From a virus, in the IMG/VR virus record IMGVR_UViG_3300032220_001356, positions 26,726 through 90,725 of that record: a DNA stretch of 64,000 nt; one strand, given 5' to 3'. Of this stretch, positions 18,539 to 26,856 are shown piece after piece. Both the position numbers and the translations under genes were made by a program. The notes beneath the pieces are model-generated. The model was not told where the DNA came from. It saw only the letters and a program-made list of their open reading frames with translations, and did no database searches. Numbering within the stretch: the stretch's first letter is position 1; the number at the start of each line of letters is the position of its first letter.

Positions 18539-19368
18539 AAAAAATTGGTATAGTTGGTAATGGTTTTGTGGGTAATGCAATATATCAAAATTTAAAAAAT
18601 TCTTGTAATGTTAAAGTATACGATATTGATAAAAATAGATGCTTTAATCAATTAGATGAAATTTATAAATGTGAAATCATATTTGTATGCTTACCAACGC
18701 CTATGATTAGTAGCGAAGGTGGAAAATGTAATTTAAGTATAATAAACAATTTCTTTCAAAATGTACCTAAATTTTGTAAATCTTTATTTGTTATAAAATC
18801 AACCGTACCTATTGGCACTACTAAACAAATAAAAGAAACAAGAAAAGATTTGATTATTTGCCATAATCCAGAGTTTTTAACCGCAATAAATGCAGTAGAA
18901 GATTTTAAAAATTCAGATAGGAATATAATAGGCGGTGACGAAAACGAAGTTAAACCACTTTATGATTTGTTTATTGATATGTTTCCAAATTCAAAAATTT
19001 TAGTCGTTAGTTCAAATGAATCAGAAACTATAAAATATTTTTCTAACACATTTTTAGCAACAAAAGTTGCATTTTTTAACATTATGCACGATATTAGTGT
19101 AAAATATGATATGAATTATCTTTCTCTAGTTGAAGGTGTTTGTAGCGATAATAGGATAGGGCACTCACATTCAAGAGTCCCCGGACCAGATGGAGATAAG
19201 GGTTTTGGTGGTTCTTGTTTTCCAAAAGATATAAACTCATTAATATATATTTTGAAAGAAAATAATGTTAATTATCAAATATTTAATGATATTTGGAATT
19301 ATAATAAAAGTATAAGAAAAAATTGGGATTGGTCAAACAATCCTTCTGCCGTTAATAATAAGGAGTAA
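18535..19368 (+). CDS. UDP-glucose/GDP-mannose dehydrogenase family protein (short form lacking the C-terminal domain)
   Basis: GNGFVG, CLPTP, IKSTVP, NPEFL, E.IKYFSN, GFGGSCFPKD; only 277 aa. Confidence 0.88.
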   Translation: MKKIGIVGNGFVGNAIYQNLKNSCNVKVYDIDKNRCFNQLDEIYKCEIIFVCLPTPMISSEGGKCNLSIINNFFQNVPKFCKSLFVIKSTVPIGTTKQIKETRKDLIICHNPEFLTAINAVEDFKNSDRNIIGGDENEVKPLYDLFIDMFPNSKILVVSSNESETIKYFSNTFLATKVAFFNIMHDISVKYDMNYLSLVEGVCSDNRIGHSHSRVPGPDGDKGFGGSCFPKDINSLIYILKENNVNYQIFNDIWNYNKSIRKNWDWSNNPSAVNNKE

Positions 19369-19370
19369 AA

Positions 19371-19547
19371 ATGCAACTTTCAAATCAAGCAGTAGGTGCC
19401 CTCATGTTGGCACTTCAAAAGTCACTTATGGAACAAGCAGATATCGTTCCAATGTTAAAAGATTTTGTGTTCATAACATCAGAAGATGGTCTTGTCGTTA
19501 CCAACCCACCAGTTGTACAATTTGAACAACCATCAGTAGATGAATAA
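19371..19547 (+). CDS. Small hypothetical protein (58 aa; below the ORF-track cut-off)
   Basis: AAGGAG RBS; MQLSNQAVGALMLALQKSLMEQADIVPMLKDFVFITSEDGLVVTNPPVVQFEQPSVDE; TAATG overlap with the next gene. Confidence 0.8.
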   Translation: MQLSNQAVGALMLALQKSLMEQADIVPMLKDFVFITSEDGLVVTNPPVVQFEQPSVDE

Positions 19548-19807
19548 TGCCAAGATATTCTTACATTTGTCAGCAATGTGAGAATCAAGTAGAAGCCTTT
19601 CATCCAAGCGATGAAAGGCTTTCTTTTTGTGACAAATGCGAAACCGATTCTCTTAAAAAAGTTCTCTCAATCCCAACAATTATTAAAAATAATAGTGTTA
19701 ATCCCTCGACAAATCGCAAAACAGGGGATATAGTAAAAGAGAAAATAGAAGAATTTAGACAAAATCTAAAAGAACAAAAACAGGAATTGTTGGATAAGAA
19801 GATATGA
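19547..19807 (+). CDS. FmdB-type zinc-ribbon protein
   Basis: MPRYSYICQQC...CDKC...LKKVLS. Confidence 0.8.
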   Translation: MPRYSYICQQCENQVEAFHPSDERLSFCDKCETDSLKKVLSIPTIIKNNSVNPSTNRKTGDIVKEKIEEFRQNLKEQKQELLDKKI

Positions 19808-20127
19808 CATTAGTAGCAATATTTTTTATAACGTTATTTGTAACATCCAATGCAATTTTAGTTTGGTATATTAAGAGATTATTAAACATCATTAACGATA
19901 CTACTGAAGGTATAGAAGATATGAAGTTAGCTATTGCTAATTTCTCAGAACACTTGCAAAGCATTTATAAGCAAGAAACTTATTATGGTGAACCAACAAT
20001 AGAAAGATTGATTGCTCACTCAAAGATGCTAGTTAAAGAAATGGACCAGTTCGTTAAGGTATTTTTAGTCTCTGATCCAAAAGTAGAACAAATGGAAACA
20101 GAGAATAATGAAGAAGAAACAAAATAA
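19804..20127 (+). CDS. Hypothetical protein with N-terminal transmembrane helix
   Basis: Hydrophobic residues 3-22 followed by a coiled coil; ATGA overlap. Confidence 0.7.
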   Translation: MTLVAIFFITLFVTSNAILVWYIKRLLNIINDTTEGIEDMKLAIANFSEHLQSIYKQETYYGEPTIERLIAHSKMLVKEMDQFVKVFLVSDPKVEQMETENNEEETK

Positions 20128-20791
20128 TAGTAACTATTTTACTAAAGAACACGAACAAGCAATGATTGATTATGTCAACAATAGTGACAAAAAGATCAGA
20201 ACACAATTATACATAGATTTTATCGAACCAGCATTTAACGAAATGGTTGATAAAATTGTCTTCACATACAAGTTTACTACTCTACCTAATATTGATAATT
20301 TAAGACAAGAGTGCAAAATTTGGTTAATTACAATATTAGATAAGTATGATCCAACTTCTGGATCTAAAGCATTTTCTTATTTTTCCGTTATCACAAAAAA
20401 TTGGTTTATTCACAAAGTTAAAAAGACCACAGAGCAAACCAAGAGAGAAGTTGATTTTGAAGAAATAATAAAGTCTTGCAATCACGACTCATTAGTTGTT
20501 GAAAATCCCTATCTTTCAAACAGAGAAAATGAAGAATTTTGGCTTCATTTGTGGGACGAGATAGAAAGATGGGATGAACTAGAACTTAAACCAAACGAAA
20601 AGAAAGTAATTGAAGCAATAAAAATACTTCTTAAAGAACCAGATATTATTGAAATATTTAATAAAAAAGCAATCTATTTATATTTAAGAGAAATAACTGG
20701 TTTAAATACCAAACAAATAGTCAACAATCTTAATCGTATCAGAATAAGATATAAAGACTTTAAAAACGATTGGGATAAAGGTGTCTATTAA
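20108..20791 (+). CDS. Phage RNA polymerase sigma factor (late, gp55-like)
   Basis: NYFT N-terminus; region-2-like LDKYDPTSGSKAFSYFSVITKNWFI; C-terminal YLREITGLNTKQI helix-turn-helix. Confidence 0.72.
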   Translation: MKKKQNNSNYFTKEHEQAMIDYVNNSDKKIRTQLYIDFIEPAFNEMVDKIVFTYKFTTLPNIDNLRQECKIWLITILDKYDPTSGSKAFSYFSVITKNWFIHKVKKTTEQTKREVDFEEIIKSCNHDSLVVENPYLSNRENEEFWLHLWDEIERWDELELKPNEKKVIEAIKILLKEPDIIEIFNKKAIYLYLREITGLNTKQIVNNLNRIRIRYKDFKNDWDKGVY

Positions 20792-20793
20792 TA

Positions 20794-22203
20794 ATGCCGC
20801 AAGATAAAACTATTATTAAAGTTCCTTCTATTGCTTACACACAAGTTGTTCCAAATATCGCAAACAATGTAAGCGAACTTTTGTACAACGAAGGAATCTA
20901 TATTAATAGACAATCTTTGTCTGCTTTATATCCCAAGTCTGTTGTAAGAATATATAAAAATGTAAATAATCCAAAAAAGATTTATCTTTTATCAAAAGAC
21001 ACTTCATTAATGGATGCAATTTCAAATGCCACAAAGTCTGGAACTAGATCCACAGAAAATGAAATCATAGCCAATCCTTCATATCAGCAATATGTTTCTA
21101 CTGATGAAGAACAATTGGTAAAATATTCTAAGTTTACTCAACCATCAAATATTACAACATTAGATTTTACTAATTCTTCACTAAATGGAAAGCAAGTAAA
21201 CTTTTATGTGTTGTCCGCAGAATCTTACGTTTCGCTATATCAAACGTTGTCTGGAGAAGTTGTAAGACAAGTTCTTGAAGATTCTGGAGAGTATAGAACA
21301 TTAAATGGTCTTTTAAGAAATTCAGATGTTCCATTGAATCAATTGGTGAACTATGATGAAACAACATACAGCTATTTGCTTAAATCAAAATCGATTGTAA
21401 CTGATTTTAGTGAAAACAGCAGTAGCGCACAAAGTAAGCTTGCATCTGTATTTAATGCATCATTGTATGCATACTGGCAAGAGTCTGGTTCATTTAGCAA
21501 ACTTAAGCCATTAACAGAATATGAAATTTCACTTTACAAAACTAAAAATATCACTTCTGCAAGGGCAATTGATTTTTCTCAATATGTAGATAAAAAGTAT
21601 GATAGCATATGGACACAGAAAGTAGATAATGAAATAGCCTATGCAGGACCAAATTCCGTAAATGATTCGTATGTAATATCTGCATACGATACGTATGCTG
21701 AGTCTTGGTTCACATTTAGATATAATCCAACGTTTGTGACTTTCCCAGATTCTAACTCAATTGAATACTTGTATGGTAAAAATTTGTTTTTCTTAAAACA
21801 AGATTCTATTATTGGAGAAAGCTCTAATAATAGACAACTATTCAAGATGTTTGGCGATGAAAGCACAATTAGTTTTGATAGATATTATCGTTCCGGTGAT
21901 ACAACTGAAGTGTATGGTGCATTTAGACAGAACACATATGAAATTTTTGATTCTTCCTATATACTAGACTTAACTTCTTCCTCTACTACAGACATTTACA
22001 AATACGCAAATAGCATAAGAAATACACAAATTTCTAATTTAAGAAACAGCGATTTATCTACAATATATGTTTTGAAAAATACGTATGATTATACCCAATT
22101 TGGGTTTGTTCCAGACAATCCAGAACAAGTTGTTTACGAAATAGAACTTGATGAAGAATTGGAAATACAAAATGGTGCTTTTGCTGTTGTAGAAATATTA
22201 TAA
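20794..22203 (+). CDS. Hypothetical protein
   Basis: 469-aa ORF, no recognisable motif. Confidence 0.65.
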   Translation: MPQDKTIIKVPSIAYTQVVPNIANNVSELLYNEGIYINRQSLSALYPKSVVRIYKNVNNPKKIYLLSKDTSLMDAISNATKSGTRSTENEIIANPSYQQYVSTDEEQLVKYSKFTQPSNITTLDFTNSSLNGKQVNFYVLSAESYVSLYQTLSGEVVRQVLEDSGEYRTLNGLLRNSDVPLNQLVNYDETTYSYLLKSKSIVTDFSENSSSAQSKLASVFNASLYAYWQESGSFSKLKPLTEYEISLYKTKNITSARAIDFSQYVDKKYDSIWTQKVDNEIAYAGPNSVNDSYVISAYDTYAESWFTFRYNPTFVTFPDSNSIEYLYGKNLFFLKQDSIIGESSNNRQLFKMFGDESTISFDRYYRSGDTTEVYGAFRQNTYEIFDSSYILDLTSSSTTDIYKYANSIRNTQISNLRNSDLSTIYVLKNTYDYTQFGFVPDNPEQVVYEIELDEELEIQNGAFAVVEIL

Positions 22204-22207
22204 ATAT

Positions 22208-22215
22208 CTATTTAC
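22208..22215 (+). promoter_or_regulatory. Putative late-promoter motif CTATTTAC, 4 nt before ATG
   Basis: Recurrent intergenic motif; no SD before the ATG at 22220. Confidence 0.55.
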
Positions 22216-22219
22216 TTAT

Positions 22220-22513
22220 ATGAACAAGACAGAAAAATATATTTCAAAAGCAATTTCAAATATTGAAAAAGACAGAGAAGTTACAACAGAATTGTTGAAC
22301 GATGTTATGTCTTATATTGGCTCTGATCGTTCAAAACATGCAGAAGTTGGACACGTAACTGCCAAATATATTGAATCTTTGCAACGCTCAAACGAACAAC
22401 TAGTAAAGTTAGTTACTATTATGGCAAAAAAAGAAGATTCAATATATGGTGATTTAAGCGATGACGATAAAACAAGCATTTATGATAAGTTGAATAACAA
22501 AGAGGAATACTAA
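22220..22513 (+). CDS. Hypothetical coiled-coil protein
   Basis: 97-aa ORF; TAATG overlap with the next gene. Confidence 0.7.
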   Translation: MNKTEKYISKAISNIEKDREVTTELLNDVMSYIGSDRSKHAEVGHVTAKYIESLQRSNEQLVKLVTIMAKKEDSIYGDLSDDDKTSIYDKLNNKEEY

Positions 22514-23835
22514 TGGCTAATATTCCTCTTACGCTTAATTATGTTGTGGATCAGACCGCACCAGAATTAGAAGATCCGTTATTAAGAACGGAAACTAGAA
22601 AACAATTATCTAAAGCTGCAATTAGAGTTAATAATCAAAGAAACTTTTTAGATAAAAAAACATATAATGCAGTTGTAGTGCAAGTCTTCGACGCAGGCTT
22701 ACCAGCAGAACAAGGCACTACATTAAGAAACATATTTGAAAAAGTGGCCGCTTTTTTCCCACCAAATGGAAATATATCAGACAATCCTATTCAATGTAGA
22801 GCAATTGTACCAGACTTACATGATTCCGTAGTACCAATTCCAGATATAATTGACCTTCCCAGTATATCAGTTTCTGGTCCATATCAAAAGTTTTTGAATT
22901 TAGTTCCTATTTTTTATGCTCCTGCCAATTCTTTTAATATTGTCGATTTAAACGTTGGTAGTATAATTGAAGTTGAGTTTAATGATAACAATTATAATGA
23001 AGGAAGAATAATAAAAGTTTTAAAATCGGCAGTTGTTAATCCCCCAACTCCTATTCCTTCTACACCTCCATCTCCTGTACCGGGTTCTGGTGGTTCGACC
23101 GGCGGCGGACCATCTTTACCCGGAACCCCAGCGCCATATAGCGGTACTCCACAAGCAACCAACTGCAATGAAGCTATACAAGAATTGTTTGATTTAATCG
23201 CTTCTCATGAATCTGGCGGTAGTTATGATGCGATGAATAGAGGTGCTTGTAAAGATTGTTCTGGTACTGGCGGTGCTCCTAGATGGTTAGTTAAAGGTGG
23301 TTCAAATAATGCAGGATCGGGACCGGGAAATCAAACAGGGCCACTTTCTACAAGAACAATACAAAATATAAGATATTGGCAAAGTCTTCCTCTCCCTTCT
23401 GAAACAATATTACATGCAACTACGCATAGACTTTTTGCTGCCGGTAAATATCAAATCATTATAGGTACAATGGGCCAATTTTTAAAATATTTGAAAGTTC
23501 CAGAAGACAGCCAACAAATATTTGATCCTACTTTTCAAGAGCAATTTAAAGATTTTATTTTAAAATCTGCTAGACCATCCGTTGGCAATTATGTGTTTAG
23601 TAGAAATAACGATTTAATAAAAGCAGCTTTAGAATTAGCTAAAGAGTTTGCTTCGATTGGCGTTCCAACAAACACACAAAGAAAAGCAAAAATTAATGGA
23701 AAATCTGTTATAATAAATCTTACAAAAGGCGATTCTTACTACAAAGGAGTAGGAAATAATAAAGCAGCTACGTCACCAGACGAAATAATGGCACTTTTAC
23801 AAAACGCCAGAAATCGATGCGCCCCTAATCCATAA
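22513..23835 (+). CDS. Baseplate hub-like protein with Pro/Gly linker and C-terminal lysozyme/transglycosylase domain
   Basis: IASHESGGSYDAMN...AAGKYQII...ELAKEFAS (lambda-lysozyme/SLT-like); PPTPIPSTPPSPVPG linker; N-terminal gp5-OB-like position. Confidence 0.72.
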   Translation: MANIPLTLNYVVDQTAPELEDPLLRTETRKQLSKAAIRVNNQRNFLDKKTYNAVVVQVFDAGLPAEQGTTLRNIFEKVAAFFPPNGNISDNPIQCRAIVPDLHDSVVPIPDIIDLPSISVSGPYQKFLNLVPIFYAPANSFNIVDLNVGSIIEVEFNDNNYNEGRIIKVLKSAVVNPPTPIPSTPPSPVPGSGGSTGGGPSLPGTPAPYSGTPQATNCNEAIQELFDLIASHESGGSYDAMNRGACKDCSGTGGAPRWLVKGGSNNAGSGPGNQTGPLSTRTIQNIRYWQSLPLPSETILHATTHRLFAAGKYQIIIGTMGQFLKYLKVPEDSQQIFDPTFQEQFKDFILKSARPSVGNYVFSRNNDLIKAALELAKEFASIGVPTNTQRKAKINGKSVIINLTKGDSYYKGVGNNKAATSPDEIMALLQNARNRCAPNP

Positions 23836-23851
23836 CCTTAATAATTAAATC

Positions 23852-24787
23852 ATGAGTACAAACGACAGCAACAATCCATTTAAGCCAAGTATCATAAAAA
23901 GCAAACTATATGGTCAATTAGAACCAAATATAAAAGCTTCTGATTCTGGTGTTGGAAATAAACCACAGCAAGAATCAAAGTTTATTTACTCTCGCGCAGG
24001 TAATGAATCTGTATTGGGTGGTGGAGATAGAAACGCTTATATAGTTTTTGGTTCCGATAGACCAGATAGTACAATAAGTGGTTATGGTGGCGAAGGTGGG
24101 ACACAATGCAACACGATAGATATTGTTGTTGGTAGAGGTTCGGCAGTAGCGCCAGCACTAGACCCAGCAGATAATATACCTCCATTATATATCTCAAATA
24201 ACTTTGTTTTAGATGCAGCAAGAGTGTATATAAGTCAAAAAACAGACGTAGATACAAATTTTGGTTTGGTTGATGGTAAAGTTGGAAATTCAAAAGCTAA
24301 ATCTGCAATCGCACTAAAAGCAGATGGTTTAAGATTTATTGCAAGAGATGGTATCAAGTTTGTTACAAAAACAGACCTTAAAAATTCAGCAGGAAAAGAT
24401 GTTGATAATCATTATGGAATTGATTTAATCGCAAACAACGACGATTCGAACTTGCAACAAATGGTTCTTGGAAATAGTCTCGCTTCTTGTTTAGAAGAAT
24501 TGATTACAGAAATCGATAAGCTTCAAAATAGAGTTGGTGAATTTATTGATCAACAACAAATATTTAATGACAAAATTGCAAATCACACACATTATAGTCT
24601 AGGACTTGTCGAAGAAACTACAATAAGCCCTCAATTAGCTGTTCAAAATGGCCTGTTAAAAGTAAAGAAGTTTTTAAGTTTTGATGTTGGATACTATCTT
24701 CAAAAAACAAACTTTATTTATTTAATCAACAAATATTTGCAAAACGGCAAATCTTCCATTTTAAGCAAATACAACAGAGTTAACTAA
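23852..24787 (+). CDS. Baseplate central spike (gp5/VgrG C-terminal-like)
   Basis: Beta-rich repeats (IALKADGLRFIARDGIKF), MVLG..L, HTH metal-binding tip; follows the hub gene. Confidence 0.55.
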   Translation: MSTNDSNNPFKPSIIKSKLYGQLEPNIKASDSGVGNKPQQESKFIYSRAGNESVLGGGDRNAYIVFGSDRPDSTISGYGGEGGTQCNTIDIVVGRGSAVAPALDPADNIPPLYISNNFVLDAARVYISQKTDVDTNFGLVDGKVGNSKAKSAIALKADGLRFIARDGIKFVTKTDLKNSAGKDVDNHYGIDLIANNDDSNLQQMVLGNSLASCLEELITEIDKLQNRVGEFIDQQQIFNDKIANHTHYSLGLVEETTISPQLAVQNGLLKVKKFLSFDVGYYLQKTNFIYLINKYLQNGKSSILSKYNRVN

Positions 24788-24794
24788 TTAAAAT

Positions 24795-26855
24795 ATGGCT
24801 TCCCATTATGTTTCATCGTCTATATCGCCAACAATTGCGTTATATGGCAATAAATCAACAACTTCTAGAATTATTGAAACATTAACATCTAGTGCGGAAA
24901 TTGTTGTTTTAAAAGAAAACGAAGGGCAAAATTGCGAATTTCATTTTGTTTCAAGTTCAACAAATCAAGGATATATATTAAAAGAATTCATCTATAGATT
25001 ACCAGACACACCAGAGTCTGCTCCGTTTGTTTGTTATGTTGGAACCGAAAACACTTCTTATGTACCCCCAGAGTGGTACCTGTTGGCAGAAGATCGACCA
25101 TATATTGATCAAGCTACATTAGAATATTGCACTTGTGTTACCTACAACTCTTTAAGTTTAAGAGGAATAAGTGAACAAGAAATAATTAAGCAGGGTATAA
25201 AACAATTATGTAAATTTTATAACAAAGCTTATAGTGACGATGCAATTGAAACTTATATGAGCTATTATCTTTTTGCTAGAATTGCTGACACTTATATTCC
25301 TTTTAGGAAGTTTATGAGAGTCAAGTATCTTGTTTCAATTCCTAGAAAATACTTTGATGCTTTACCAGATGCTCTTGAAAATCAATTAATTGCTCCATTG
25401 CAAAGAGACTTAACAAAAGCAAACTTTATTTTAAAAATTAACTTAAAAGAGAAAACAAATTTATTTAAAAATTTAATTAATTTGCTTAGTTTATATCAAA
25501 CAGATATATTTTTTAGCAATTCTACACTTGTGTTTAACCAAGAAACAATCATTGGTGAAGATGAATTATTACAAAACTCAATTGTAAAAAAAGTTGATTT
25601 TAAACAAAAAAGACAAAATGTAATTAATTTTGAACAAAGATTGGACGAATTGTTAAGCTTAAATGGTTTTCCAATAAGTTTGGATAACAATGATCTGGCA
25701 AATATAGAGATTCACTTATTGTTAAACGAAGATTGTAATATTCTTTATGATGTTGCTGTTTCTAGAAACGGAAGTTGTTTAAAACTAAGAAAGGGTATAG
25801 AATTCTTTTTAAAAACAGAACCTGTTTCCGATCCAACAACAATCAATTTTGTTAGAAATATTTATGCAATAAATTCAATACAAAAATGCAAAGTTCCTTG
25901 GTATGAATTTACAGAAATTTATTTCTATCCTTCTATATCAGTTCTACAACCAGTTGAAGATTCAAACTTGACTTCAAAAGAAGTGTTTGACAATCTTTAT
26001 TCTTTTTTCCAATCTCAAAGAGAATTGGCAAAAAACAGACCAATTTTAACACTTGAAGAAACAATAGAGTTGACCAAAACTATTAATGAATTTAGGAATC
26101 CAAAAAACTTTTTAAACACAACAATTCCATTTTATACATTGATAGATCAAGGAAGCACAACATCCCCCAGAGATTTAGAAAAAACTCTAGAAGATTTAGA
26201 TAAATCAATTGACGAATCACCACTTGCAAAAGAAGACATTTATTTAGTAAATATGGTTGGGCCAATAGTAAGTGATATAAACGGCTATTATTATGTTAGC
26301 AAAATTGGAAACATTTGGAGACTAGGTAAACAATATCTTGGAAATACAGAGATAATTAAATTAGATACTGAAAATACAAGAGTTGAAATTATTGTTGAAG
26401 GTTATCCAAAAGAAATACATACTCTTTTTAAAGTTAACAAAGCAGATTATGCTAAAAGTCAAATAGATAAAGGAATATTGTTTAAAGTTTATGAATTTTT
26501 GAATAAAATTGGATTCTGTAAACTAACAAATGTCGGTCTTGGATGTTTAATGTCGTTAGCTAGAACAATTTTGTCTCCAATTGAAATAAAGACAATTTTA
26601 GAAATTACAGAACTTACAAATTTTGATTATGAAAAAATGATAAATGATATTATTCCATATTTACCAAAAGAACAACAACAACTTGTATATGAACAGCTTT
26701 TAATTGAAATTGGTTGCTTAAACGAAGATGCACTAAGATATATACTTAAAATGAATTTAACATTAGACGAATATCGTTCTTTGGAGTTGCAATCAGCAAG
26801 TTACGATCAAATAGTTAAAGAAGTAGCAAAAAAAATGTCAATGAGTGTAAATTAA
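24795..26855 (+). CDS. Hypothetical virion-associated protein
   Basis: 686-aa ORF in the baseplate cluster. Confidence 0.6.
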   Translation: MASHYVSSSISPTIALYGNKSTTSRIIETLTSSAEIVVLKENEGQNCEFHFVSSSTNQGYILKEFIYRLPDTPESAPFVCYVGTENTSYVPPEWYLLAEDRPYIDQATLEYCTCVTYNSLSLRGISEQEIIKQGIKQLCKFYNKAYSDDAIETYMSYYLFARIADTYIPFRKFMRVKYLVSIPRKYFDALPDALENQLIAPLQRDLTKANFILKINLKEKTNLFKNLINLLSLYQTDIFFSNSTLVFNQETIIGEDELLQNSIVKKVDFKQKRQNVINFEQRLDELLSLNGFPISLDNNDLANIEIHLLLNEDCNILYDVAVSRNGSCLKLRKGIEFFLKTEPVSDPTTINFVRNIYAINSIQKCKVPWYEFTEIYFYPSISVLQPVEDSNLTSKEVFDNLYSFFQSQRELAKNRPILTLEETIELTKTINEFRNPKNFLNTTIPFYTLIDQGSTTSPRDLEKTLEDLDKSIDESPLAKEDIYLVNMVGPIVSDINGYYYVSKIGNIWRLGKQYLGNTEIIKLDTENTRVEIIVEGYPKEIHTLFKVNKADYAKSQIDKGILFKVYEFLNKIGFCKLTNVGLGCLMSLARTILSPIEIKTILEITELTNFDYEKMINDIIPYLPKEQQQLVYEQLLIEIGCLNEDALRYILKMNLTLDEYRSLELQSASYDQIVKEVAKKMSMSVN

Positions 26856-26856
26856 A

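Noticed and set aside
3069-19368. Island as a bacterial LPS/capsule locus (prophage flank or chimeric contig)
   Set aside because: It is coupled to phage genes at both ends, on the same strand, shares the YCAGG avoidance, and lacks export or polymerase genes; read-level confirmation is still advisable.
22220-22513. Terminase small subunit call for this ORF or for 61181-61732
   Set aside because: Size and coiled-coil character are compatible, but I recognised no diagnostic motif.
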